In this document: piece after piece, positions 45,811-56,047 of the stretch
Numbering within the stretch: the first letter of the stretch is position 1
Layout of the letters: every line of letters starts with the position of its first letter
Virus record (IMG/VR): IMGVR_UViG_3300008259_000347
Location: 14,209-78,208 of that record
Strand: one strand, 5' to 3'
Source: a virus
DNA: 64,000 bases
Notes under the pieces: generated by a model
The model's input: the letters and a program-made list of their open reading frames with translations, nothing else
The model's database searches: none
Told to the model about the DNA's origin: nothing
Position numbers and translations under genes: made by a program

Positions 45811-47140
45811 AAAGATATCTTGCTGGTATACACTAGGAGGCCTTAATTATAAAAATGGCTTTGTTACTTCATGCCCTCAGCAAAGTGATAAACTTCACAT
45901 AATGGAAGGTACACAAGTTATTAAACCTTCTGAAATTATCAATAGCGAAGGATTTCGTAAACACAGAATGGACATGATGTCTGGTAAATGGAGTCCTGGA
46001 TGTCATCTATGTAAGAACGTCGAAGATGCTAATGCTGGCCATAGTATGCGTATGGACTATCCAGCAGACGAATCTTACTACGATGACTTGTCAGGCATGA
46101 TAGATTTTAAAGGCTTAAATCATGTAGAGTTTAGATTTAGTAATGCTTGTAACATGGCTTGTTTACATTGTAGCGAAGTTTTTAGCAGTGGATGGATGGC
46201 TAAACTTAAACACTACGAACCAGATAAAGATGACTGGAACCACAGACTTATACAATTAACTAAGACAATGCATCGTGCTGGATTTAATGATACTCTTAGT
46301 ATCGATATGAGTATCGAGGACATGCACAAAATTGTAGACGATTTAAATGAGAATTTTCCAAATCTTCAAAAGATTGATTTTACCGGTGGCGAAGTTCTTT
46401 ATCAAAAACAATTTATACCTTGTTTACAAGCATTAGCTAAACATCCACATGCTGATCAACTTCATATTAGTTTTCATACTAACTTTAATGCCAAATTTAA
46501 TCCAGAGGAATTGTCTAAAGCTCTTGAACCTTTCAGATATGTAACTATTATGATGAGTATTGATGCTGGTACAAACATCTATAGTTATTTTAGAACAGGC
46601 GATTGGGATGTTTTAAAGGATAATATCAAACGTTTTAAACTAGCAAATACTCATAAGAATGTAGATTTAAATGTAGTTTGTACAACTAGTGTCTATCAAA
46701 TGATGGATATTGAAAATATATTCGCTAGTTTTCTAACATTAGATATTGATTGGATAGATAGTTCTATTGTATATACTCCTGACTATCTAAATCCTGCTAT
46801 CTTAATGTTTGATTACAAGGATCATGTATTACAAGATATTAAAAATACTTATGCTATGATTGACAGAGTAAAACAAGAACGCATGAATAATTTTGAAGAA
46901 AGCCAAAAGATGCGTACTTGGCGCAAGGGTAAACAGATATTTCAAGATATAGAAAGTGCGTATAGAGCACTAAAAGGCGTTGAAGACTACGTGTTGAATC
47001 ACAAGCCTCAGTATAAACATTGGGAAGCTTTTATGGTATACATTAGGAAAACAGATCAACTGTGGCAACAGAATTTTAATGACCATTACGAAAATTATAA
47101 ATTTGTAGATTATAAAATTCTACGAAAGGAAATGTTATGA
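45803..47140 (+). CDS. radical SAM enzyme 4 with N-terminal Cys domain
   Basis: CWY...SCP...CHLC; CNMACLHC; FTGGEV; HTN. Confidence 0.85.
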   Translation: MGKKISCWYTLGGLNYKNGFVTSCPQQSDKLHIMEGTQVIKPSEIINSEGFRKHRMDMMSGKWSPGCHLCKNVEDANAGHSMRMDYPADESYYDDLSGMIDFKGLNHVEFRFSNACNMACLHCSEVFSSGWMAKLKHYEPDKDDWNHRLIQLTKTMHRAGFNDTLSIDMSIEDMHKIVDDLNENFPNLQKIDFTGGEVLYQKQFIPCLQALAKHPHADQLHISFHTNFNAKFNPEELSKALEPFRYVTIMMSIDAGTNIYSYFRTGDWDVLKDNIKRFKLANTHKNVDLNVVCTTSVYQMMDIENIFASFLTLDIDWIDSSIVYTPDYLNPAILMFDYKDHVLQDIKNTYAMIDRVKQERMNNFEESQKMRTWRKGKQIFQDIESAYRALKGVEDYVLNHKPQYKHWEAFMVYIRKTDQLWQQNFNDHYENYKFVDYKILRKEML

Positions 47141-47994
47141 ATTTTAAAGACAACAACAGTATCTATGATCAATTAGATCCAAGTAGCGGAATTCAACTAT
47201 TTAGATTTAATGGATTAGATATTCCGTTCAATACTTCTTGGAGAAGGATCGGAATAAATCTAAGTGGTGGAGCAGACAGCAGTTGTTTACTAACACTACT
47301 CTGTAATATTATTACAAGAAATAAATTGAGATGTGTAATACATGTTATTAGTCATGTTCGCTGTTATAATACTAGACCGTGGCAAGGACCAATTGCTCAG
47401 GATGTTTATGATAAGTTTGTTAAAGATTACTATCCTAGTATACATTTTGTAAGACACACAAATTTTATACCTCCTGAATTGGAATGGGGTGCTATAGGCC
47501 CAATTACTCAAGATGAAGATGGAAGACCCCGCAGCGGCGATCAAATCTGTGTAGGCAGCTTTAATAATTATATTATTCATAAAGAAAAACTAGATGTAGT
47601 TTATAATGCCACTAGTGCCAATCCTCAAGGAAGTGATTGGATAGGTGGAATGAAAAACAGAGAAAAGCCTGCTAGTGAAGGAGTGTTAAAAGATCTTATT
47701 ATGCAAAAAGAAGGTTATACTATTTGTCATCCTTTTAGATTCGTAGATAAGTCTTATATTTTAGCTCAGTATCATTTATTTGACAAACTTGATCTTTATA
47801 ATATGACACGTAGTTGTGAAGGGGATATTAATGATCCTACAATCAAAGAAGTCGTACCTACCTTATATGAGTATGATCCAGTAGAACATACAGTGGAAAC
47901 CTTGCCCAAGTGCGGACATTGTTGGTGGTGTAAAGAAAGAGATTGGGCAGAAAGTGTAGTAGAGAAAGCAGTGGAGGAACTAAAAGATGTCTGA
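47137..47994 (+). CDS. QueC-like PP-loop ATP pyrophosphatase 1
   Basis: LSGGADS PP-loop; PF..VDK; TRSC...CGHCWWCKER zinc site. Confidence 0.78.
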   Translation: MNFKDNNSIYDQLDPSSGIQLFRFNGLDIPFNTSWRRIGINLSGGADSSCLLTLLCNIITRNKLRCVIHVISHVRCYNTRPWQGPIAQDVYDKFVKDYYPSIHFVRHTNFIPPELEWGAIGPITQDEDGRPRSGDQICVGSFNNYIIHKEKLDVVYNATSANPQGSDWIGGMKNREKPASEGVLKDLIMQKEGYTICHPFRFVDKSYILAQYHLFDKLDLYNMTRSCEGDINDPTIKEVVPTLYEYDPVEHTVETLPKCGHCWWCKERDWAESVVEKAVEELKDV

Positions 47995-49297
47995 TACATA
48001 TTGTCCTATACCTTGGATATTTCAAGCAGTAAGAGCTAACGGTGACATTCGTGTTTGCTGTCAAGCCAATGTAACAAAAAATCAAGGAGTAATAAGAAAG
48101 TTGGATGGTACGGCATATAATGCTGGTCGGGATGTGTTAGAAGAAAGCAGAAACGCAGAAATGATGAAAGCTATTCGTCTTAATATGCTTAACGGTGTAT
48201 GGAGCGAAGAGTGTGGTCGTTGTAAAAAAGAAGAAGAAAACGGATTAGTAAGTCGTAGAACTTATGAAAATCAACAGTGGAAATTTACAATAGACGAAGC
48301 AAGATCAAAAACAGCATCAGATGGAACTATTAGTGACGTTCCTGTAATTTATTATGATTTAAGATTTGGAAATTTCTGTAATTTAAAATGTCGTATGTGC
48401 GGCCCAACTGATAGTAGTGCGTGGTATGACGATTGGATTAAACTTACAGGAACAAATAAATTTAAGGATACTTCAGGCGAAGTTTCTATATTAGAAGATG
48501 GCAAAGGGTATTATTCGACAGAATTTGATTGGCCTAATTACGAACCGTTTTGGGATCAATTAGAATCAAATGTTCACAACATTCAGCACGTTTACTTTGC
48601 TGGCGGTGAACCTATGCTCATAGAACGACATTACGACTTTTTGGAAAGATGTATAGAACAAAATGTTGCTAAAAATATAATTATCGAGTATAATACTAAT
48701 ATGAGCACCTTGCCTACTCGTGTGACTAAACTATGGGAAAGCTTTAAACAGGTTAGAGTTGGCGCTAGTATAGATGGTATGGGTAGTATGTTAGAGTATC
48801 AAAGATATCCTGCTAAGTGGGAAAAAACTTTGAGAAATCTAGAATATCTAGACAGTATGCCTGCTAACATTATAGCCTGGTTAGCATTTACTGTGACTGC
48901 GTATAATGTTAACCATATGGTTGATTTTATGAAATGGAAATTAGTAAAAAGCGGATTCGCCAAAATTAATAGTACTAATAGGCGTCCTATTATTACACAT
49001 CATGTTGCTCATAATCCTAAGCATTTGAACATCAGAGTATTGCCGCATGAGTATAAACAAGAATTAACAGAAAAATTTTATGATTTCTTAAAGTGGGTCG
49101 AAGAAAACAAGTTCAACAACTATGTTCAAAAACAGGCTCATGAAATTGTAAATGGAGTAGTTAGCTATATGAATAGCGAAAATTATTATGATACACACTG
49201 GCAAGAATTTGTAGACTATACTAAAAAGTTAGACATTATACGACATGAAAGTATTTTTTATGTAGAACCAAGATTTAGAGATTTTATTAATGACTAA
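47987..49297 (+). CDS. radical SAM enzyme 5 with N-terminal Twitch/SPASM-like domain
   Basis: CPIPW...NG..RVCC...CGRC; CNLKCRMC; FAGGEP; YNTN; ASIDG. Confidence 0.9.
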   Translation: MSDTYCPIPWIFQAVRANGDIRVCCQANVTKNQGVIRKLDGTAYNAGRDVLEESRNAEMMKAIRLNMLNGVWSEECGRCKKEEENGLVSRRTYENQQWKFTIDEARSKTASDGTISDVPVIYYDLRFGNFCNLKCRMCGPTDSSAWYDDWIKLTGTNKFKDTSGEVSILEDGKGYYSTEFDWPNYEPFWDQLESNVHNIQHVYFAGGEPMLIERHYDFLERCIEQNVAKNIIIEYNTNMSTLPTRVTKLWESFKQVRVGASIDGMGSMLEYQRYPAKWEKTLRNLEYLDSMPANIIAWLAFTVTAYNVNHMVDFMKWKLVKSGFAKINSTNRRPIITHHVAHNPKHLNIRVLPHEYKQELTEKFYDFLKWVEENKFNNYVQKQAHEIVNGVVSYMNSENYYDTHWQEFVDYTKKLDIIRHESIFYVEPRFRDFIND

Positions 49298-50174
49298 GTT
49301 AGGAACTGTGGGTTTTGAAAGATATAATATCAAAACTTTTCCAGAGAATCATTATTTTATTAAATTACAAGAATGGATAGACCAAAATATTGAGGCTAAT
49401 AAATTTTTCAATTATATTATAGTTAACGGTATTCCTATACATTTTGATTATAGATACAAATCTGTAGGTATATGTTTTAGTGGAGGCGCAGACAGTACGA
49501 TGTTATTGTATCTATTGGCTACAATAATAAAAAAATTTAATTTTCAGATTAAAATTTATCCTATATCGGTAACAAGATTTTATCACTTAGACGATTTTAG
49601 TGATACATCTAGAAATAAAATTCTTGATTATTTAAAGGAAATTTTTCCTAATATAATAGAATCTACTATACAAGGATTTTTACCTTCTATATTTGAAAAA
49701 ATTTCTATTAAAAGTTTGCAATTGGATGATACTATTTCTTCTCATATAGAATATTTAATAGATAACAATGCTACTACAGATGTAGTATATTTTCAATATT
49801 TGTTAGATTGGGCAAGTAAACAATATAATTTGGATGCAGTGTACGATGGAACAACTACAAACCCAGTTAACGCAAAGCACATTAACACTGGCCCTGATTT
49901 TAGAAATAGTTTAGAAAATTTAAAGAATTGTGTACCTACAATTTATCAATTTCCGCATCTACCTAATTCGACTGTTGTAAGTCCTTTCGAACGTATTGAA
50001 AAAAGTTGGGTAATTGCGCAGTATTATAATTTTAACATTGTTGACCTTCTAGACATAACTCAAAGTTGTACAGTTCTAAAAGGGGGGTGTAATAATGAAG
50101 AATGTTTTCATTGTTCCGAAAAATCGTGGGCATTGGAAAATAAGGTTTATTTTTTAGAAGATAGAAAATTATGA
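49290..50174 (+). CDS. QueC-like PP-loop ATP pyrophosphatase 2
   Basis: FSGGADS; PFERIEK; TQSC...CNNEECFHCSEK. Confidence 0.72.
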   Translation: MTKLGTVGFERYNIKTFPENHYFIKLQEWIDQNIEANKFFNYIIVNGIPIHFDYRYKSVGICFSGGADSTMLLYLLATIIKKFNFQIKIYPISVTRFYHLDDFSDTSRNKILDYLKEIFPNIIESTIQGFLPSIFEKISIKSLQLDDTISSHIEYLIDNNATTDVVYFQYLLDWASKQYNLDAVYDGTTTNPVNAKHINTGPDFRNSLENLKNCVPTIYQFPHLPNSTVVSPFERIEKSWVIAQYYNFNIVDLLDITQSCTVLKGGCNNEECFHCSEKSWALENKVYFLEDRKL

Positions 50175-51231
50175 GTTTTGATACAGTAGATTTATTGGAC
50201 GGTAATGTATTTCAAGTTACATGGGATCTTGGTCGCAGGTGTAACTATGATTGTAGTTATTGTCCTAGTCACAGACACGATAATTTTAGTCCACATGCTA
50301 GTTTAGAAACTTTAAAAGGTAATGTTGATTTTTTATACAAATATATCGACTTGTATATGAATCATAGATATTTTAAAGAAACTAGTATCAGTTTTACTGG
50401 CGGCGAACCCACTGTGAACCCTAATTTTATTCCTTTTATACAATATCTTAAACAGCAGTATCAAGAAAAATATCAGGGCAAGTGGCGAGCTGGATTTGCT
50501 TTAACAAGTAATGGCGCTATGAGTGCCAAGATGGCAGATGCTGTTATGGAACACTTAGACCATATTACTATCAGTGTGCTTATTTTGACAGTAAAGGTAT
50601 TAAATATGTTCCTCGTGTTATAGGCGAAGAACCAGATAGTCGTAGTAATTTCGCTCATCAATACACTGAGAAACAATTAGTATGGATGAAAGATTATTGG
50701 AAAAATAATACAGATAAAGTTAATAGTCCTAGTAGAGAAGAAATAAAACAAAATGTTGATTTTGGAACTAGTGCTGCTACAGAAGATAATTCCACTCCGC
50801 AGAAAAAATTAGGTTTAACTATTGGTCGTCCGTGCTGCGGAAGTCGAACAATGTGTTTGAGTAATCAAGGAGACAGTCGCAAGAGTAAATTTGTTGACTT
50901 GCGTGAGTTTAAAGGGTGGCATTGTAGTGTTAACTGGTTCTTTATGCACATTGAACAACAAACAGACAGTGTGTTTCACCATCAAACGTGCCAAGCACAG
51001 TTCGGCCAAACAAGAGGTCCAATTGGTAAATTAAGTGAAAGTGATAAGATTTTAGAAAATTTAGAACGTAATTTGCTCGAGCAGACAATGCCAACAATTA
51101 TATGTCCTAAACATACTTGCGGATGTGGATTGTGTGCTCCAAAAAGTAAATTTGAAGAAAACTACAAAACTGTTTTGTTTAATCATGTTGACAAATCTGT
51201 TTTTAAACATACATTATTGCTAGATTCGTGA
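50171..51231 (+). CDS. radical SAM enzyme 6 with Cys-rich C-terminus, broken near 50575 (ORFs 50171-50623 and 50686-51231)
   Basis: CNYDCSYC; FTGGEPT; TSNG. The second frame is open from about 50575 (CAYFDSKGIKYVPRVIG) to PCCG...WHC...TC...CPKHTCGCGLC. Confidence 0.8.
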
Positions 51232-51791
51232 AAATATTAATTACAGGAAATAAGAATTTTGGAATAGCTAAGGAGCTTTTTCAGTTATACCCAGATGCTA
51301 CATTTGTTAGCAGATCTTCAGGTGTTGATTTAACTTCTCAGATAGGACAAAGTAAATTAGCAGATCTTAGTTTAGAACACGATATCTTTGTCAATTGTTC
51401 AGCATTGTGGAAGTTTAATCAAACAGTGTTGTTAGAGACAGTGTATAAAATTTGTTTCAATGCTAAACACGACATACATATTATTAACATAGGTAGTACA
51501 ACAGATAGAGTTAAAAACGGTAAGGCTTGGTTATATAATGCTGAGAAGAAGGCACTAAGAGATTATTCGAATACGTTAGGAATTTCAGGCGTATGGGATC
51601 AAGGTCCAAAAATTAGTTATATCAGTTTTGGAACGCTAAGTAACAATCAAGAAAAACATCCTGATAGACGCACAATGAACATAACACAAGCAGCCCAGTA
51701 TATTAAATGGATCATGGATCAGCCTAAAGAAATCAGTATTAACGAACTTAGTATTGATCCAATTCAGAATGAAAGGTGGTACAATGAATAA
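51228..51791 (+). CDS. short-chain dehydrogenase/reductase (SDR)-like protein
   Basis: KILITGNKNFGIA; FVNCS; INIGS; YNAEK (YxxxK). Confidence 0.8.
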   Translation: MKILITGNKNFGIAKELFQLYPDATFVSRSSGVDLTSQIGQSKLADLSLEHDIFVNCSALWKFNQTVLLETVYKICFNAKHDIHIINIGSTTDRVKNGKAWLYNAEKKALRDYSNTLGISGVWDQGPKISYISFGTLSNNQEKHPDRRTMNITQAAQYIKWIMDQPKEISINELSIDPIQNERWYNE

Positions 51792-52902
51792 AGAAGATGT
51801 AGTATGTCCTTTACCATGGCATCATATAGCTATTAGACCTAATGGCAGAGTGTATCCTTGCTGTTATTTTAGACACGAAAGTACTCCAGAAGAATTTAAT
51901 TTATCTCATAATGATGTGTTTAATCATCCTTTTTTATTAAACATACGTGACAAGATGTCAGAAGGAGAGACTGTACAAGGATGTAAACAGTGCTACCAAA
52001 ATGAAAAAAATTCTGGCAAAAGTATGAGACTAGAAGTGTTAGAAAATGCAGAGAAAAATTTAGGACGTCCATTCACTATTCCAGAAGAGCCTTCTTTAGT
52101 TTATATAGATCTAGCATTAAGTAATGTGTGTAATAATAAATGTAGAATGTGCGGCCCAGATTTAAGTACAAATTGGTATCCTGATGCTAAAGCACTTGGT
52201 ATTCCGATCAATAAGGGTATTATAGAAAATGTAGATCCTTTATCAAAAATTGATATAAGCAAATTAACTAATCTAAAATTGATTGGCGGTGAGCCGATGC
52301 TAGAACAAGGAAAGTTTATAAAAATATTGGAAAGATGTTACTTGCCAGGTTTATCAATTTTTCTTACTACAAATGTAACTACTAAACCTGAAATGGAATT
52401 AATGAAGTTGTTCAGACGCTGTAAGCAGGTTAAGGTATCTTGTAGTATTGATGCTTACGGTAAGCTAAATGATTTTTTAAGAAAAGGTAGCCATTGGGAA
52501 GAAGTTGATAAAAATTTACGCTGGTACGCAAATAATTTTGAAATCGTAATGGTACACAGTGTAATCAGTATCTATAATATAAATCAAATAGAAAAATTAT
52601 TTGAACATGTTAAAGATCAATATCCGAATGTTCATTTTCAATTTGTAATGGTAGATGGGCCTGATTGGATCAGACCTTGTAATTTACCAGTAGATGTAAA
52701 AGATAAAATTATGAAAAAGATAAACACTCTAGAACACGAAGAAATTATTAATTTTAGAGGTATAGTCTATGAACATTTATCTAGACCAGGAAGTTTTTCT
52801 AAATTTAAAGAAATGGATGACAAGCTCAATGATTTACGTAACGAGCACTGGAAAGATGTGAATCCTGAACTTTACGAAATGCTTAAAGAGTATTATGAGT
52901 GA
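51784..52902 (+). CDS. radical SAM enzyme 7 with N-terminal Twitch/SPASM-like domain
   Basis: CPLPW...NG..YPCC...CKQC; CNNKCRMC; LIGGEP; TTN; SID. Confidence 0.9.
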   Translation: MNKEDVVCPLPWHHIAIRPNGRVYPCCYFRHESTPEEFNLSHNDVFNHPFLLNIRDKMSEGETVQGCKQCYQNEKNSGKSMRLEVLENAEKNLGRPFTIPEEPSLVYIDLALSNVCNNKCRMCGPDLSTNWYPDAKALGIPINKGIIENVDPLSKIDISKLTNLKLIGGEPMLEQGKFIKILERCYLPGLSIFLTTNVTTKPEMELMKLFRRCKQVKVSCSIDAYGKLNDFLRKGSHWEEVDKNLRWYANNFEIVMVHSVISIYNINQIEKLFEHVKDQYPNVHFQFVMVDGPDWIRPCNLPVDVKDKIMKKINTLEHEEIINFRGIVYEHLSRPGSFSKFKEMDDKLNDLRNEHWKDVNPELYEMLKEYYE

Positions 52903-54067
52903 TTTAGAAAAAAGTAGTTACGATTTTACAAAAATACCTTACAATGATATTGTACGTGTGGGTCAGCGTACAATGTTATATAGAGACATCTTTACAGTAA
53001 GCTGGCTACTAGGAAGATATTGTAATTATAGATGTAGTTATTGTTGGCCTTACGCTCGTAGTGATACAAAAGACCACAGACCAACAGAACTTTGTCTTAA
53101 AACTATAGATGAAATAAAACGTCAAGCCAGAGAAAGAAATTTCAATAGCTTTCATTTTAGTCTAAGTGGGGGTGAGCCTACTTTTCATCCTGGATATATA
53201 GACATACTTAAACATCTAAATGATGATGTAGTAAACACAAATTATACTAGTGTTCATATGACTAGTAATATGAGTAGGCCCATGTCTTGGTTCGAAACAC
53301 AGTATTGTCCTAATGTGAACAGATTTCATAGAGCTAGCATCACTGCCAGTTTACATACTGAACATGTAAACACAAAAGAAAAGATGCAGGACTTTGCTGA
53401 CAAATTAAAGTTATGTCAAGTTCATGATGTACAAGTAACGATTAACATGGTAATGGTTCCTGAATGGTTTGATAGAGATTACGACAATGCTTTATTTTTT
53501 CATGAACAAGGAATTAATGTTACTTTAAAACCTCAAAGCGATCCTACTGCTAGTTTTGTAGTTAATGGCTATACTCCTGAAATGTTAGAAAAATTACATA
53601 ATGGCATGCCACAAAGAGCGTTTACTGAGAATAGAGCTAAAATTTATAACATAGTAAAACGTCCTGAACCTAAATTTTACAAAACACCAGATCCATTATA
53701 TTCAGACGAACACGCTAACATACCCCAACATTTTCAAGTTGAGTTTACAGATAAAAATCGTAAAGTTTGGTACATGGATCAAGCTGAAAGATTCAATGCT
53801 TTTAATTTTAATCGATTTGAAGGATGGGAGTGTTCTAGCGGATATCGTAGTATTATTATAAGAGAACCAGATGGTAGTATAAAACGAAGTTATAGTTGTT
53901 ACGATGTGCCTTTGGGAAATATAGAAACAGGGTTTAAGTTATTTGATGGACCACAACCGTGTATAAGTCCTAGTTGTGTGAGCAGTGCTGACAGTAAGAT
54001 TCCTAAAAGAGCGCCAGGAACAGAATTGCCATTATGGCCAGGTGATGAATCTTTTATTCAAAAATAG
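52895..54067 (+). CDS. radical SAM enzyme 8 (related to enzyme 6)
   Basis: CNYRCSYC; LSGGEPT; TSN; ASLH; C-terminal WEC...SC...PC...C. Confidence 0.88.
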   Translation: MSDLEKSSYDFTKIPYNDIVRVGQRTMLYRDIFTVSWLLGRYCNYRCSYCWPYARSDTKDHRPTELCLKTIDEIKRQARERNFNSFHFSLSGGEPTFHPGYIDILKHLNDDVVNTNYTSVHMTSNMSRPMSWFETQYCPNVNRFHRASITASLHTEHVNTKEKMQDFADKLKLCQVHDVQVTINMVMVPEWFDRDYDNALFFHEQGINVTLKPQSDPTASFVVNGYTPEMLEKLHNGMPQRAFTENRAKIYNIVKRPEPKFYKTPDPLYSDEHANIPQHFQVEFTDKNRKVWYMDQAERFNAFNFNRFEGWECSSGYRSIIIREPDGSIKRSYSCYDVPLGNIETGFKLFDGPQPCISPSCVSSADSKIPKRAPGTELPLWPGDESFIQK

Positions 54068-55403
54068 GACGATATACGCCTTTTAACGAATCGATGTACA
54101 GTTGCCCTGCGTTTAATTTAACGTAGTGATCGTAGTTATACATCATAGTTTCCTTCCAACTGTCATTTAATTTGTTCTTCTCTGCCAACGATAAACTATC
54201 TAAGTATTTCATTTTATCTATAACTTGATCTAATTCTCGGTATAAATTGCCATCTGCTTGAAAGTTTAAATCTTCGTATAATTCAAACCCATAATGTTTA
54301 AGTAACTTAGTTAAGTCTTTGCCGCCAAATGTAATGAAAGGTAATCCTTCTATAATAGGTTTAGCAGTCTTTTCCGTAAGCATAGTATGTGTACTCAGAT
54401 CCTCTCGTTCTCCTAGTCGGTGATCCAGTGTTTCTAATACAATATTATACCAAATATCTTCTACACTGCTACGAGGAATAATCTCTTCTTTAGGTTTTCT
54501 AATCGGATTATGTAACTCATCTATAACATGTATATCGTCTAATACTGCTAATAGTTCTTCTGTTATCCAAGGAACTTCTGCGAAAATTTCTTTGTAATAA
54601 TGAATAAATCCTTTACGTAGAGGCATTAATAAGCTGTATTTTCCCTTACCACTAACAAGATTCTCTAAGTGAACACGCATAAAGAATAGCATACGATTTA
54701 ATCTTTCAGTGTAAGAGTATGCTACCCATTGAACAGTGTTGTCAGTTATTTTTTTATTTTTTATAGATTCGAATAAGCTATCTCTGTTATTAATAATTTG
54801 ATCTAATAATTTTGGACGTAGATAAAAAAATGGAGTTGGAAACATTACATTTTTAATGTTTTTAAAATTTAATCCGTAGTTATTTTTTTCTGCTAAAGGT
54901 CTGTACATAGGATGTACAACAATAAATTCTAAAGTCTCTACACCTCTTAAAAATTTATCAGATTCTGTAATATCAAGTCCTCTGTCAAAAAACTTTGTAA
55001 ACGTACCTATACTTAAAAAATCTAATGGGTGTGTGATTTCCATTGAGCTATCAATAATGACAGGAATTTTATGCTTTTTAAGAAAATTAATTACTTCAAC
55101 GTCGATTCCTAATAAGTTCATAAAATGAAAAGTCTGTAAAGCATGAATCGTGCTTATAAAATAATACACTTCGTAATCGTCAGAAATTTCTCCTAATCCT
55201 ACATCGCGGACAAAATCTGTCGCTCGAACAAATTTAATTGTTTTATATAAGTCGGAGTTCAATAGTGTAGGAGTTTCGTCGAAGTTCGGAATTCCAATAA
55301 GTTCCTGCCTATTCCGTGACAGCACAGGACTGTATATTTTTTCAGTCAGCGTAATTGGTCTATTATCTATTATATCTTCAACTAAAAAAATGTATTGTTT
55401 CAT
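54054..55403 (-). CDS. hypothetical protein with a GT10/GT-B-like C-terminal domain
   Basis: NIVLET...LTEKTAKPI..G.PFITFG...L..YGF resembles the fucosyltransferase-type TEK motif. Confidence 0.45.
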   Translation of the reverse strand: MKQYIFLVEDIIDNRPITLTEKIYSPVLSRNRQELIGIPNFDETPTLLNSDLYKTIKFVRATDFVRDVGLGEISDDYEVYYFISTIHALQTFHFMNLLGIDVEVINFLKKHKIPVIIDSSMEITHPLDFLSIGTFTKFFDRGLDITESDKFLRGVETLEFIVVHPMYRPLAEKNNYGLNFKNIKNVMFPTPFFYLRPKLLDQIINNRDSLFESIKNKKITDNTVQWVAYSYTERLNRMLFFMRVHLENLVSGKGKYSLLMPLRKGFIHYYKEIFAEVPWITEELLAVLDDIHVIDELHNPIRKPKEEIIPRSSVEDIWYNIVLETLDHRLGEREDLSTHTMLTEKTAKPIIEGLPFITFGGKDLTKLLKHYGFELYEDLNFQADGNLYRELDQVIDKMKYLDSLSLAEKNKLNDSWKETMMYNYDHYVKLNAGQLYIDSLKGVYRPIFE

Positions 55404-56047
55404 CGTATGTAAGGAGTAAACACTGGTTGCTTGCTTAAATCTTTATATGTAAGGTTGCTGCCTGTATCTGGATTATACTCGCTTATGTTTTCCATTAAGA
55501 GTAGACCTTTAGCTGCTTCCTCAGGTGTCATGTACATATGATATCCAATACATGAATAGTCGTCATATTCGTGTGGAACATTTTTGTGTCTGCCATCATA
55601 TATCATAGGCCTACACCATTCTACAAACGCAGAATCATTAGTAAGTATAACACCGCCTTTGCCTATTTTTAATGTTTTTCTATGATGAAAGCTTACACAA
55701 AAATATGAATTGGGTATATACATTCCTTGACAAAATCTAGTAGCAGCATCGACAATACTTGTGTAGCCGATTTTATACCAGCCTGACCACTCTTTGTCTA
55801 CAAATCGAATAAAATTTCCAGCATGAATAGCCTGCATGACAGGACTTGAATAAGTGTGCTTGGGAAATTCTAGAACTTGATTTTTGATATCAAGATATTT
55901 AAGACAAAGAAATATACCGTTGCTACAACTGTCTACACAGACAGCGTAACGACTTCCGGCATACTCTGCTAGACGTTCTTCAAATAATGTAACAGCATCC
56001 CAAGGATCAGTGATTGCATAACCTTTATTTCTGAGTTCGGTTATCAT
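55400..56047 (-). CDS. DegT/DnrJ/EryC1/StrS family PLP aminotransferase (short form)
   Basis: FEERLAEYAG..YAVCVDSCSNG; IVDAA; SFHHRKTLKIGKGGVILT; GYHMYM; likely start MITELR at 56047. Confidence 0.8.
   Translation of the reverse strand: MITELRNKGYAITDPWDAVTLFEERLAEYAGSRYAVCVDSCSNGIFLCLKYLDIKNQVLEFPKHTYSSPVMQAIHAGNFIRFVDKEWSGWYKIGYTSIVDAATRFCQGMYIPNSYFCVSFHHRKTLKIGKGGVILTNDSAFVEWCRPMIYDGRHKNVPHEYDDYSCIGYHMYMTPEEAAKGLLLMENISEYNPDTGSNLTYKDLSKQPVFTPYIR

Noticed and set aside
46956-46962. Extra TACGCAC heptamers on the minus strand (also 11162-11168)
   Set aside because: They lie inside coding sequence and have no TAAATA at the 14-nt spacing.
47137-54067. Canonical queuosine/7-deazaguanine pathway (queC, queE)
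   Set aside because: The radical SAM proteins are larger than QueE and carry extra Cys domains; folE, queD and dpdA/tgt are not seen. Gene symbols were withheld.
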